A DNA stretch of 63,068 bases, the filler included, from Intoshia linei (Eukaryota; Animalia; Orthonectida): the NCBI GenBank assembly GCA_001642005.1. It is 4 parts of 4 records of this genome, joined end to end, with 100 filler letters (N's around TTAATTAATTAA, not from the genome) between each part and the next. Parts side by side here need not be neighbours in the genome. Positions count along the whole stretch, not along the records: positions 1 to 11,133 come from LWCA01001202.1; positions 11,234 to 40,558 come from LWCA01000386.1; 2 more parts are not named here. One strand, 5' to 3'. The translations under genes were made by a program, and so were the position numbers. Numbering within the stretch: position 1 is the first letter of the stretch; each line of letters opens with the position of its first letter. A model generated the notes under the pieces. That model was not told the DNA's origin, made no database searches, and worked only from the letters and a program-made list of their open reading frames with translations. Positions 1 to 13,720 of the stretch are shown here, piece by piece.

Positions 1-1120
1 ATATTCAAAGATCAAAAAGTATTTTTCACCATCAGGATTATTGGTGATGGTGATCATTTATAAGTTATTTTAACTTATTATTTTACTATTAAATTATTTT
101 AACTTGTGTAAATAGTACCAGGATTCCTGGTACTATTATTATATTTTAGATTAATAATAACACCTTAATCAGTATTATAAGTCTTTTGGGCATTATATGC
201 AAATTTTTCAGGTGTGTATGGAATATGGATACTAGGGTGTCACATTTTTGAAAAATTTGTAAAAATATATTTTAAAAAACAAAATGTCCAATTAAGGCCT
301 AGGATTAGGATTAAAATTAGAGCATAATAGATACTTATAGACTTTATAAAAGTTTCAAAAAAACTATTTTTATTGTCAGTTTATTTATATCAATGAATTA
401 ATTTACACTTTAAAGTTTATTATTCATTAAAAAATATAAAAAATATTTTGTATCTTCAAAAATGCATTTATGATATTTTTTGTTTAGATTATGTGGACAC
501 TTATTATCAGTTTTCTACCAATGCTATTTTCTTGTAAACGCAAAAATTGCACAAATTTTGATTGCAATCTTCAACAAAATATAACGTAATAAATTATTAA
601 TAATAATATTAATAATACAGTTTATTTTAACATACATGTAGTTAACTTAACGTATGTTTATAATTTCTGTTTTTTTCAGAGTACGAGTTATTATTAATAA
701 CTTATTAGTTGATTTTAATTGAGTTTTTAAAATATAAGACGGTAATTTTTTTAGTTTTATGTGGCAACAAAAATGTCTTTTTTTGAAATTATTGATCACT
801 CCCACAGTCACAATAATTAATCCATAATTATTATGTTTTTTTTGAAATACATAATAAGTACATGTATTTAAGTATTGTTTTTCTTTCAATTTTCAATGTT
901 TGAGTTAGATAAAATTAAAGGTATGTGTTATTATCTAATTTTAATTCCATAAGCATATAGCTAAATAACACCAATAACATTGAAATTCCAACAATAAAAT
1001 TATTGCCAGGTCCCGAAAATAATGTAAATCTACTAAGTAAATTAATGATAATAAAATTTTTTTAATTGAAATGTAAATATATTTATATTTGCTATTAAAA
1101 TTATTTATTTCAATTTTTAG

Positions 1121-4100
1121 TGAAACAAACCAACCGGTTTTCGATAATAATAATGTGTTATGTAATCAAAACGCCACAGAAAAAGGATACAACGAATGTA
1201 ATTTTATCTTTTATATCATGAATGGTCATTGATAGGGTTCAACTAACTGGGTTTAACTATTCTGAATTAATTGGTAATGTATGAAAATTTATTATATCAA
1301 TGTTTTAATTGATCTTACCAATCAGTGTTGCGTTACTAACTCAATTGGGAAACAATATCATTAAATACTTAACTAAAAATGTGAGATTAATCGTAACCTT
1401 AACCTTTGCGGCTCCATTGGTAAATATTTTTTATTTGTATGTTGTTCGTACAATAATGAAACGGTTATAATTTCCATTTGATCTGGTCCCACTATATACT
1501 CTCTACAGTTCTAGCAACGACAAGTCAAAGTACGACTCATATTTCTAGTATAAACCATGAAACACAGGTATTGTACGGATATTAAAGAATGAAGAAAAAA
1601 AATTGAATAAGTAACAATTATTTTTACGAAATGGATCCGTATCTTATAATTTTGCATCATTAAGATGCAGTTTAGTTAACTGAGCCAATTACTTAGTTCA
1701 TGGTTCTTAACTAAGGTTGTCATTTCTTATCAAAGCAATTAAATAACGACTCAATATATAACGCCATATTCACATGTTAGTTTATTCAATTAATGTAATT
1801 TTTCAATGTGTGAAGGTATCTAAAAAAAGTTACAAAATACAAAATATATTAGTCTAAAATATATATTATAATTTTGTATTTATAGTGAGCTCTCTACTAA
1901 ACGATAAGCCCATTGTGGCTGTTCAAAACATATTCTCACGTGAATCCCACCTCAAATATAGTATACCGGAGTTGTCCGTATTGCTAATTTTATATTTTGT
2001 ATTTTCCGCTTACTGCGGTAATACGGGTGTATCAGGTGGTCTGCTTATTCCGATGATGTAAATTATACATACTAAAAAAAATTTAAAATTCGTTTAGATT
2101 TATTGGGGGCTTATATGGAAGAATAATTGGCCGTTTGTTAATTACAATTATAGGCAAAATTCCAAATACAATTGCTACTTCTTGGATAAATCCCGGTGTA
2201 TTAGCTCTATTGGGTTTAATAATCATAATTTTTATATATTCATCAAATATAATATACATTATGTAGGTTCAGCATCATTTCTTAGTGGTGTCACACGGAA
2301 TACTATCTCATTGGCCATTATTTTGGTACATATTTCTGAAACAGTGTTAAAATAATTTTATGTCATACATTACATTATATGTTATTACATACATTAGGGC
2401 TGTTCAAAAAAAAAATACCACATGAGCAGAGAGTATGCTTTGATATATGAAAAATAATATGCCGTTATTAAAAATTCTTAATTCTCAAAAAACATTAAGC
2501 GGAATTCAATTAATAACTTTAAAATACTATATAATAGGTGATGTTCATTTTTAAACATTTACTCGGTAACTAGCGTAATATTATAATTCATTTGGTTACA
2601 TATACAGCAGTGTTTCCCAACCTTTTTTATGCTAGGCCCCACTTTTACTCTTAAAAAAATCCCAGGCCCACTGAAAAAAAATTCGAGCGAATTATAATAA
2701 TGATAAAAACAATAATAATGTTATTTATTAATATTAGTTACTAATGTTGCAAGCTTTAATCGTATATCTCCTCTTTTTAAAATTTGTAGTCTATTTATTT
2801 TTTTGGCAGTAAGTCTAAACCCGCATTCTGCTAAATAAAAGGATGGAAATGGCAACAAAGCAATCCTAGCAAATAGTTAAAATCGGATAATTTTGCATAT
2901 ACTCATCAATTTAGTTAAATTTGAATTCAATAGCCCACTATCATTAAAGATATATTTATTTTTTGTCATTTTAATAATTTAATAATACAATTAATTGGTT
3001 TAAGTATCACATAACCACTTATAAATTTGACAATATTGTATAAAATTAACAATAAATTAATTTTAAGTTTTCATAAACCTATAAATTTGTAATATTTCCC
3101 AGGCCCACCAAAAAGTCGTAGGCCCCACCAAATTTCCAATTTCCCACCAAAACGTTTTTCAGCCCCACCAGTAAGGCTTGTCCCCACGGTTGGGAAACAC
3201 TGATATACAGTAAACTATGCGTTATAAGAACAAAATAAAGAAGTTGTTACAACAATTGTTATTGTAGCAAATTTAATATTCTACTTTTTACATTTTTTAT
3301 TAATAATTTTTAATTGTAATCTTCAATATTTAATTCACATCTAGATCAATTCAATAATTCACATCACATGTATTATAATTTATAGGTTTAGAATCTAAAT
3401 TTTAGATTATTTTTTACAGTTACAAAATTTTAGTTTTATATTGAATTTTAAACATAATTTTACATATTATCAGTCGGCATGCATATCGAGTCTCACTTCC
3501 ATATTACTGAAATAAAATGATTAATATAATTAACGAAAAACAATGATCAATATAATATATATACCATATATAGTAAGTAATCGGGAATATAACTTATAAA
3601 AATGAAGTTATAAATACATTCGTCAATAAATATAAGATTTATAATCCTTCAATGACTTAAAATTGTGAGAAACAACATTAAAGGAATGCTTGATCATTTG
3701 GTCAGATAATGACAGTTGACATTAAGAGGTTGCAAAAAATTATATAATTATTGCTTATTAATAAACTAAAATTTCACTTTTATAATAACAGAATTATTCG
3801 TTTCAATTTTAAATTACTTTGAATTTCAACACCAATAATAATTGTTTCCATGATTAATCATTATTTTTTGAAGATAATAAAGTATTTTCGTTATTTTTTG
3901 TGATTTTAATTAATTAAAACGCAGAAACTAACTCGAAAACTAAACTCACCTGTCACGAATCTGCGTCATATTTCACATATCGTCATACAATTTTTTACGG
4001 CTTCTAGAGAGTTCATATTACTTTTTTTTATTAAAATGTATTTAAAACGTAAACACGCGAAAACCTTAAAAAAGAAAACCGCTTAATGTTTTTACGGTAA

Positions 4101-7100
4101 ATTTTTCTAAAAATATATTTTTTAGGGGTTTTTAAGTACCCTCTTCAGTGTGGTATAGGATATTTTCAACAATTATCAATTTTTGTAAAAAACGAACAGC
4201 CCTAATATATATGTATATTAGGGTGGTTCAAAAACAAGAAAATTTTTGAAATTGAGAAAGTACTTTTGATATTTTGATAAGGGTGGTAAATAATGATGAT
4301 TGGCAAAAAAAATTAATTCGATTCAATTAATTTTCCTTTGTCACCCGAGCAGGGAAAATTTATAATACAGTATTTTATAATATAAATATTTTAATAGTAA
4401 CCATGAAAATTAATTGACGAATATTAATTAAAACGTTCATCCATTAGTCAAGAAAATAATTCGATTCATAAAATTTTTATTGCCAACTAACCAAGGGAAT
4501 AATCAATATTATAGAATTTGTATAATATTAATATTTCAATGGTAGCCATGAAAGTCGAGTGACGATTATTAATTAAAACGATAATCCAATGGGTAACAAA
4601 GGCAAAGATTCATTTTATGAAAAAAAAATTAAAAATAATAATCGTATCGATTCAAAAGACGGTTTTTTAACAGAATATGTGATTTTTTATAGATTTTAAA
4701 TTTGGACCAAAATTAAAATAAAATGATTTATAAATGAAAAAAGAACAACAAATGTTTCATAATTTTAATTTATATCATTGTTAAATTTCATAATACTGTT
4801 AACACATAATAAATTGTTTAAAAGATTAGAATAATTTGATAATGTAATAAATAAGTTCCATTTTATTTGTTTAAGTTAAACTTTAACAATGAATTATAAC
4901 TTGTAACCAACACTACATTTTTATACTACAAAAATGTATATATAAGAAATGTAAATTTGGTGGTGATGAGTGGCGAAGCAATAATTAATTTTATGCTGTA
5001 AAAATTTGTACAAGTCATTTTTAACCAATTTTCCTAATATATTCAAAAGTACTTTTTAAATTTTTTTTTTTTAACCACCCTAATGTATATGTAGTTTACA
5101 TAATATAAATTAATTAATATAATATTGATATAAAAAGTTAAAAAAAGCGCACAAATTTGATAATAAATATAAGTTAAAGTACACATTTTCATTATAATTT
5201 TCATTTTTAGTTTTCACTTTAGTTGAGGGTTTCCCAAGGTGGGTCCATGTGGGTCATAGGCTGTGGCTGCTAGGTACAATGAAAAAAAATTCATTTTTGG
5301 AATCCAATTTTTTGCTATACATTTTTTATAATTACATAGAACATTTAATGTCACTGATAAAATGTAATCATCTAATAGATGAGATCTATATACAAGTACA
5401 ATTATAAAACAGATTGAAATTACGGACGATGCACATTACTTGTTACCAATCATGTTCTCTACAGTGATTTCAAGGTGGATAAGCAATTTGTTTACAAATT
5501 CTTTGTACCAATCAATTATAGAAGTAGAATGTCTAATCTACACTAAATGTCCTAGTAAAATTAATATACGAAATAAATGGTATTTTTTAAATATATTTAA
5601 AGACAAATATGACATAAATTGGGATTTTCAAAGTTAGAAATGTGGCCCTGAGGTAAAGTGGCCAGAAAAAATACTTACTATTAATTTTAGTTTATTTGGT
5701 GATAAATGTAAAGCCAAAACTATTTATCTATGATGACGAATAAAAATTTTCGGCTTAAAATTTATTCTAAATAAACTAAAAGTGATAGCACATATTTTTC
5801 TAGCCAGTTTACCTAAGGGCCACTTAAAACATTTTGGTATCCAAAAATATAAATTATAAACTTATGATAACAGATTTTTTTTACTTTGTTTAAAATTGAG
5901 CATTCTAAAAAGTTAAATTGTACCCGACCTAATTACATTCTATCCACCCGTATTTACAAATATTATATATTTATAAAACCTTTTCGTTGGGTCAATTATG
6001 CCTCATATAGCTAATTTAATTAATATGATTTAATTTAAAATCATGAAAGACACCTTATAGTACCTTAAAATGGTTATCTAGGATTTTCAGACAGGCGGCG
6101 AAATAATTATTAAGGGATCAATATATACATTAATATGTATATAATAATAATTTATATTTTTTTTCGAGTTTTCATTCTACTAAATTTTTTAATGTTGAAC
6201 ATTCAACTGTTGAGTTGTTCAACTGCATCAAAATCGACATTTTCGGTAATTTCTTTTTCGAATATGAAAAACGTTAAATCCGATAATTAAACTTAAACTG
6301 ATGTTACTAGCATAAAAAATAATACATAGATTAATGATAAATGATAATTTATATTTATCACATAACGTAAACGATGGGATTTAATTCTGCGAGGCATTGA
6401 ATTTATAAGACTTTTCAATAGTTCTTTAATTGTAGATGAATTGCTCCAGACAAAATTGATGCGATCAATAAATTCAGATTTTATTCTAATTTTAATCTGG
6501 TGAATTTCATCTTCAATTTCGACCACAAAATTTATATAGGATTCATGCCTGGCGAATTCCAGGCCACTCCAGAACAAAAATACCATTATCCTCAACATAG
6601 CAAGTGATGGATATAGCTTTGTGGAAATGAACTAAATCTTGCTTGAATAAAAATCCTCCATTTGTATTCCATTCAGTTATTTCATTTAAAAATACTTGTA
6701 AAACATTCTTGTAAACTTTTTGATCTATTTTTTCTTTTACAATCTGTATTTTGTTAATACCTATAACAGATATAACCACGAAATCATAAACTTACATGGA
6801 AATTTTATTATTTTTTTGATAAAATCTGGTCTAAATGTTTCATTTATTTTTTCCGTACATTTAATGATCTGTCAGCCATTACAGATTCGTCAGAAATTAT
6901 GACCTATAAATCAATAAATTAACTTGAATTTTATTAATTAAAATATAATTAAAAATTAGTGATTATTTATATATTTTTTTTGAATATAAATGAATTACTT
7001 TGCTCCAATCATGTTCAGTTTAACTTTCATACTTTTTTGCCCATTCGAATCTGGATTGTTTTATATTTATAGATAGATAGGGTTTTTTAATTTTTTTATA

Positions 7101-9722
7101 TGATCTATACCCCGATGCTAACAGTCGACGGTTAACTGTAATTCTTGATAAATGAATATTTCGTTGTTTAAGTTTTATAACGACTTTAGAACAACTCGAA
7201 TTTCAAGTTTCAATTGCTATTTTGATAATATTTCTGTCAGTTCTTTCGGTTGTGGACCTTTTCCTACCAGACCAGACCAGAATCTGCGGATCATTTGTAA
7301 ATTTTCTTTTTATAAATGAAACAATCGATTGAGACACAAAAAATCAATCAGCAATTTTTTTTGGGTTCCAATCAAATTATATAGAAGGTTCAATATATAT
7401 TTATTTGTATCGAAGGGAATATCTTACCTGTTGCCCGTATTAAATTTTTTAATTTTCAAATTTAAAAATATTTCACACGATACATAACGGTATTGTAAGT
7501 GATATTTAAGCTTAACTTTTCATCTCGTACATTTCTACATAATATAATTTTAATTTTTTATACCATGGTGTAAATTTCTATAAATACATGTTCAACTTTT
7601 TTATTTGATGTAGTATAATTCAACAGTTGTTTGTATGTTAAAATTAATATTGTGGTTAAATTTATAAAAAATTATTTTAATAATATGATCAATTCTGTAT
7701 ATTTGATTTTGTAAATATAGTTATCCATTGGATTTATTCTGTACTAAAGATGTCATGTCACAATCAATCGGTAATAAATGTTTTGGAATAAAAAAATATT
7801 ATTATAATTTAGTTTCGTTTCATCAAATTGAATCGTTTTATGATATTGCTACCAAATTGCTAAATAATTACCATGCAGCATATCCCGTCATATTCGATTA
7901 TGATTGTCAAATTAAAAATATATTTCGCGGGTTTATTTATTGGTAAATATTGAAAATTTATTTTTCAATCATGACAGGGGCCGACAACCTTTTGCATCTT
8001 GTGGTCACTTTTTTGTATAAAAAAAATCTAGGGGCCTGTTTTTGAAAATTTACACATGATACATTTCAATTTTAACAGAAGTGAAACGGTTATAATATAT
8101 TCAACAAAATGAAATCTAGGGATTTTAAAAATTCAGTATTAAAATGATTATAATGAGCCAATCGTAGTAGATAATGGTTAAAACAGTGTTTAAAAGTTGG
8201 TAAATTTAAAAATAAATAATTTACATATTTACGAAAAGACCACCAAAATTATTCTGTTAGCCATTTTTGGCCGACAGGCCAGTGGTTGCCGACCCCTGAT
8301 ATATGATAACCAAATGTTTTACCAAATATAGTGTACGGTGTTAAAAATTTTATTACCAGCATTTCTGGTTTTATTACCAAAATTAATAAATTAATTTTTA
8401 ATTTCGTCAAATCCATTATTGCAGAGTTGCTAGATGTTGGGATTTTACATTAAAGCCTAGACGACCGTTAAATTATTATTTCAAAAATCCCGCTTTATTC
8501 CAACATTAATAAAATTTAATAATATTTAATAAAAAATACAATTTGAAGATCTTTATGTGAAAACCCCACTTTTACGATTTTACAAAAAATTTTTTAATTC
8601 AACTCCAAAATTGAAAGTTGAAAATGAAAAATATTAAATAAATACTGCTTATTTATTCTATAACATGAGATAAATTGATTTTTTCAGCATGAACACTTTT
8701 TACCCTTTTGGTTAATATTGTTATACATAATTGTAATTCTAAACTAATGGTAACTTTGATTAAAGTAGAGTTTTGATTGAGATACGGTTACGTGTGATAA
8801 TTTCTAAGTTTATTTTTGCTATATACAAATTATGTGGGTGTACAATGTACACTAGGGCTATTCTAATTTGGATTTTTTTTTGAAATTTGAAAAAAATATG
8901 GTAACATTCTTTTTCCCGTAATTGCCATGCATTTGTTATATTTTTAAGATATAAAATAGATCATGTGACACTAATCATATTAATTAAAAATAATCACTAA
9001 AAAATTGTTTACTTTAGACACAGTTGACGGACAAACTTTTTGTCATTTTTAAAAAAATTATATAATTTTAAAAAAAGACATGAATTTATATGAATATGGT
9101 CAAAATATTTTAAATGCTTATACTCAAATATTTTTTAATTACTATTGTAAAAAAATAATTCTGTTAAGTTTATAATATTAAGAGTAAAACGAATTTAAAA
9201 ATTATAAAATAAATCCATTACTTTTGTGAATATTTTATTACCGTAAATACTATTTATATTTCTTAACTATTTTTTTACACAAGTACATTTTACATTGAAA
9301 ATTGGTACAAATTTAAATTAAATTAAATTTAAAAAACAAATATAAATTTGTTTATAGTTTTTGAACATATATTTTCAACTTTAATAGTTCATTTACTAAC
9401 ATTAATTAATGTCAAAAATGATCTTTCACAAGGTTCAATGGTCATTATTATACCGTTTGATTTAACAAAATATTAATATCATATTAATATTATATGCAGC
9501 AAATTACGCAGTGCTCATTTTCTATATGCGTCATTTTTATTTTAGAAAAATGGAATAGCCCTAGTTTACACAGTACAATCTTTAAAACTAATTAATTTAA
9601 TGTATATATTTATTTCATTTATATTTAGTCATGAAATTTTATATGTATTGACACACCAATCTATCATAGACCAAATTATTATAAAAGGAAAAATTATTAA
9701 ACCAAACATTATCTATGAAGAA
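1121..9722 (+). CDS. CLC-family chloride channel/Cl-/H+ exchanger (CLC-6/7 / invertebrate ClC-C-like), 3' part, multi-exon
   Basis: Manually spliced exons ~1121-1197, 1886-2057, 2098-2214, 2267-2335, 5413-5579, 7721-7770, 7812-7942, 9629-9722 read GYNELSSLLN...GVSGGLLIPMM-FIGGLYGRIIG...NPGVLALLGSASFLSGVTRNTISLAIIL-IEITDDAHYLLPIM...NSLYQSIIE, then a CBS-like DVMSQSIVSFHQIES...HAAYPVI. The 5' part lies upstream; the 3' end is lost near the 11134 gap. Confidence 0.88.
2395..4204. mobile_element. Non-autonomous hAT-type element with TAGGG ends (hATm-like), in CLC intron
   Basis: TIRs TAGGGCTGTTC ... GAACAGCCCTA; flanks ACATACAT / ATATATAT (6/8 match); contains the 2608-3202 element. Confidence 0.65.
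2608..3202 (-). mobile_element. hAT (Buster/Charlie-type) internal-deletion derivative
   Basis: TIRs CAGTGTTTCCCAACC ... GGTTGGGAAACACTG; exact 8-bp TSD ATATACAG; minus-strand remnant ALLPFPSFYLAECGF (hAT dimerisation motif) at ~2800-2870. Confidence 0.9.
4219..5082. mobile_element. Non-autonomous hAT-type element with TAGGG ends
   Basis: TIRs TAGGGTGGTT ... AACCACCCTA; exact 8-bp TSD ATGTATAT. Confidence 0.85.
5642..5823. mobile_element. Fold-back MITE (~180 bp); inverted partial copy at ~42815-43110
   Basis: Long imperfect TIRs GTGGCCCTGAGGTAAAGTGGCCAGAAAAA ... TTTTTCTAGCCAGTTTACCTAAGGGCCAC; internal sequence recurs as reverse complement near 42815-43110. Confidence 0.7.
6300..7440 (-). 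mobile_element. Decayed Tc1-type (Tc1/mariner) transposase
   Basis: ORF fragments FLFKQDLVHFHKA...NGIFVLEWPG and LINSMPRRIKS match Tc1 FQQDNAPxHxA / VLEWPxxSPDLNPIE / SMPRR motifs; frameshifts and stops present. Confidence 0.8.
7975..8298. mobile_element. hAT-type MITE
   Basis: TIRs CAGGGGCCGACAACC ... GGTTGCCGACCCCTG; degenerate 8-bp flanks both ending ATGA. Confidence 0.7.
8853..9563. mobile_element. Non-autonomous hAT-type element with TAGGG ends
   Basis: TIRs TAGGGCTATTC ... GAATAGCCCTA; flanks ATGTACAC / GTTTACAC (6/8 match). Confidence 0.7.
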
Positions 9723-10464
9723 GTATTTTTTTGTAATATTTTACAGGCAGTATAAAATATTAATGCCAGTTATTTCATATTTCTACATAATAAATATCGT
9801 GTCGCAAAACAGTGACATTTTAGAATTTAGTCAAAAATAATCATCTTACCTCTAACCCCCTTCCTTATCATCTCCCTATCAACCCCATTTCAGCGATATT
9901 CAATATGTTTAATCCTAATAACCTTTATATATTCATTAGGGGTGTTCCAAAATTTGATAAATCAAGTCATAACAGCGGAAAATTTGAGTAATTAACCAAA
10001 AAATTAAAGCCAAAATATTTCAAAATAATTTATTTTTTCAGAGTAGCCATAAAAGCATCATACGCGACTTTATCAGCGTTATACCTATAACATTTCAAAA
10101 AAAAGTACTAAAAATCACACCCCTAACGTTGTTATTTTTTTAAAAATTTGACTGGAACTGGATCTAAACCAACGACACCATCATCATATCGAATATTAAA
10201 CAGCATTAAACCATTGTAACAATTCGACTTAGGATAAATTAATATTTTTTTCTTTTATGCTTATTCATTGATTTAAAATATAAAACCGTTATTTTAATTA
10301 AAAATACAGTGGTTTCTGTTCAATATTAATACTGTATAATATGAATTCACGCTTATATGCATTTCATTTAATATAAACTGTGAATATGAATTTGTGTAAA
10401 TAAACAAATTTGTATTAATTTTCTATCACGTCACTTATAAATTTCAGAAAAGTAACCATTCAAT

Positions 10465-11030
10465 ATGAATTTGAATTTGAAGAGAAAAAGATTTTTCGAT
10501 AAATGATAAAATAAAATTGATTAAACTGTTCGACGAATATTCAAATCGATCTCAAAAACATTTAGCCACCAAACACTCAATTTTAATAGCTTTGATAAAT
10601 AAGTCGTTAAAAAATCGCGAAGAAATCCTTACTTGTAATAATTTAAATTTGAATCAGAAGAGACAACCTTGTCTAAGGTAATCTATGAAAATTGAATCAG
10701 TGGTTTCAACGTCAACGGACATTAAATATAAGTATAAGATAATGGGATTAATAGTGAATAAGATAATAGTGGGAATATATTGAAAGAAATGGCGTTGGAA
10801 ATTGCCAGTCTTTTGAATTTGAACGATTTTAAAGCCTCTACTGGTTGATTAAATTCTTTTTTTTAACCAAAAATTCCATTAAATCAAAAAAAATGTAAGA
10901 GAATCAAAATTAGTAAACGAGTCTAAAACAAAAAAAATGGAAAGAATTATTTTCTGAAGCTGTAGAAAAATATAGAAATGATGACATATTTAACTGTGAT
11001 GAAATCAGATCTTATAAAAGAAAAAATTGA
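10465..11030 (+). mobile_element. Decayed pogo/Tigger transposase (CENP-B-type HTH and start of DDE)
   Basis: Reads KRKRF..INDKIKLIK, LKEMALEIASLLNLNDFKASTG*LNSF and YRNDDIFNCDE, with stops and frameshifts. Confidence 0.78.
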
Positions 11031-11133
11031 AAATTGCAATAAAATTAGAAACTATTTTCCATTGCAAAAATAAATACTTATACAGACCCGTCCATATGTT
11101 TTGAGCACCTTATAAAATCGTTAATTATTTTAT

Positions 11134-11233
11134 NNNNNNNNNNNNNNNNNNNNNNNNNNNNNNNNNNNNNNNNNNNNTTAATTAATTAANNNNNNNNNNN
11201 NNNNNNNNNNNNNNNNNNNNNNNNNNNNNNNNN
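11134..11233. other. Assembly spacer: 44 N + TTAATTAATTAA + 44 N
   Basis: Identical 100-nt structure at three places; the 12-mer gives stop codons in all six frames. Confidence 0.97.
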
Positions 11234-11240
11234 ATATTAT

Positions 11241-11335
11241 GAGTTGTTACGAACTGGAACGCTATCATCAAGATTGTTAAAATTAAAAGAACCCTTATGA
11301 CCGTTCAATCTACGTCAACACAAAATTTAATTTTC
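11241..11335 (+). mobile_element. hAT transposase 3' remnant, same family as 29767-29970
   Basis: GAGTTGTTACGAACTGGAACGCTATCATCAAGATTGTTAAAATTAAA is shared with the reverse complement of ~29920-29967. Confidence 0.65.
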
Positions 11336-12417
11336 CGGGAAATCACAATAACTACTTGCAAGACGTATTCAAATCAATAGAAAAGCCACCTAAAATCCAA
11401 CACTATCGTAAAAAATCAATACAGCAATCGTCGATATAAATCACACCCTTTTAAAACTGGTTTTATTTTAGAATTTACAAATTAAAAATTGTTCAAGAAT
11501 TTATCAAACTATTATAAAACTGTCCTATAATGCAGTGGTTCCTAAATTGGGGCTTGGCCCCAGCACGGGCGGCCTACAGAGTCTGAGGTGGGACCCAGAT
11601 TTAAGAAAAATTTTAAAATTAAATTAAAATCGTTAAAATTAATTTAGTATATGATATTTAATATATTCTTGAAATTCGGATTAATTTAGGATTATAATAA
11701 ATTTAAATGTTATTAATCCATCGAAATTTAACTAATCATTTGTTTTAATTAACTGCCCACATCAATTTTGCCTTTAAATTAAATTAAAGTTTAATTAGTG
11801 CTACCATATTACAATATTACTATCAATTTTAGTTTATTTGGTGTTAAATTTAAAACCAAATGTTAAAATGAAATCGGTTAATACACCAACTAACATAACT
11901 CTGTCCACTAATTTTAAAGAATACATGATAGTGTGATAATTTCTTATTCGTCAATATATTTTTGGGTGCCAAATTGAATTTTATTGAATTAAGGGGTGCC
12001 AAGTGGAAAAAGGTTAAACACCCATTTACCAAAGTGTTAAATTTCTGAATTTTTTCTAAGAATTGGGCTACAACAAAGCAAATTGACTGGCTATCGTCAA
12101 AGCTAAGTTAAATTTAAACAATATTTAAAAAGTACGTGTCACTATAAAATAAAAACCCAAAACAGACTCGGTCGATATGGATCATTCAATAATTTTTATC
12201 GTAAATATTGTAAAATTGAAAATTTTGTAGATCAACACTTTTAATTTAATTATCTGGATTAATATTATACCTTTTATTTGACATGTATCGGGAATGCAAT
12301 TCTAAATATTAAATTAAAGAAAATTTTTAGAATTCTGAAAGATTACTCTAAATAAAATTGATCCCAAAAAAAATTATTAAAAAATTTGTAAATTATTAAA
12401 ACAAGCAAATTACTCAC

Positions 12418-12945
12418 ACCACACTATGCCAAGCATGTTGGCCCGACATGCATAATATGCATTGCATATATACTTTTGAGGATTTAGACTACAATTGTAG
12501 ATTATTTCATAACAAAAATAAAAATATTGATAACGTTTGAATCAAAAAATACCGATAAATATTTCAAATTTGATTCATACGGATAATAATTGAGTGGTCG
12601 TAAATTACCTAAAAAAGAATAAATAAAAGAAATCAAATTTGATTTACTGCAAAAATAATCGAAATATCCTTGACCGTAAAATGAACAATTCATACATACC
12701 GGCATTTGAGCGAATAAAGTATTATTAGAATAACATATCCGATGCGGATTATTTATATAGTCGCATTCATAATCATTGTAATTGTACAAATAATTTAAAT
12801 CAAAATAATCAGATGGACCATTCAAGTTTGAATAACTGCTATTAAACGGATACGAACCACAAAAATTTTTATACGGATGAATAGACCTTGAAAATTCCTT
12901 TAAACACAAACGATTACTCTTATTGATCGTATAATACTGAGACAT
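12418..12945 (-). CDS. Hypothetical Tyr/Asn-rich protein with degenerate CxxC knuckles
   Basis: ATG at 12945. Plausible short GT-AG introns join ...CMNCSFYGQGYFDYFCSNLRP... to ...VYMQCILCMSGQHAWHSV. Later exons not traced. Confidence 0.4.
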
Positions 12946-13095
12946 GAAATTAATAAATTAAAAACATTAAATTAAAATAAAATGTAGGAAAATTAACACT
13001 GAAAATAATTGTATCACATTTCACCACTAATAGACAGAAATGTGTGGAAATGTAAATGAAAATATGTGCTCCTAGACAATTATATAAGTCAAGCT

Positions 13096-13656
13096 TTAAT
13101 TTTTCAGGTGTACATCTTTTGCAAGTTCGGCGTTGATGGTCTTATTTTTGGGACACAGAGCATTAAATACTCCAAGATAACTTGAAATATTTTCAACATC
13201 TTTTAGATTTATATTGTACTTTTTTGTAACAGAGTCAATAGATTTTTTATCAACATTAATCGTGTTGAGAATTGAATACAAATCGTCAATTCTTAATCCA
13301 TAACTCGATATATCAACATTATCAATATTAGATTCTTTATTTTGTGTAGATTGCGTAGACTATAATATATATTTTATTAAATTCATATAACTATTACCTC
13401 AACATTTATCATGTTTGAAATTAAATTTAAATGTTCTTTATCAAATTCAACTTCCTTATCATGAGATTTATTTGATGTATTTAATGTTTTATTTGGCGTT
13501 TTTTTTCCTACAAAATGTTAAAAAATAATTAAATTGTGAATCACTATATTGAGATATTCGATGCTTTTCCAAGTTTTCAATAAAATTGAAAGCTCTGTTA
13601 TCTGCATTAATTTTTGTTACAGGTCTAACGATTAATGATGAAAATATTTTTCCCAT
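13096..13656 (-). CDS. NDUFAF4: Mitochondrial complex I assembly factor NDUFAF4-like
   Basis: N-terminus MGKIFSSLIVRPVTKINADNRAFNFIENLEK resembles NDUFAF4 MG..VIRGIRNFNLENRAEREISK; C-terminal IDSVTKKYNINLKDVENISSYLGVF resembles EKIxxEYxLxxxDVxxLLxYFxxF; two short introns. Confidence 0.65.
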
Positions 13657-13720
13657 TAAAAATAAACTTATTTTTAAGTTAATTGTGTCCTTGGTAATGT
13701 TGATTTTGTAATTTTTTAAC

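Noticed and set aside
9937-10125. TAGGGGTGT...ACACCCCTA mini-element
   Set aside because: The TIR is short and there is no matching TSD, so it is not called as a bounded element.
11178-11189. TTAATTAATTAA palindrome as a biological motif
   Set aside because: It is always centred in exactly 44+44 N, so it is an assembly linker.
12640-12700. A20-type zinc finger (CMNCSFYG...FCSK)
   Set aside because: The final Cys is absent and the 'SK' falls at a likely splice donor; the spliced reading is FCSNLRP.
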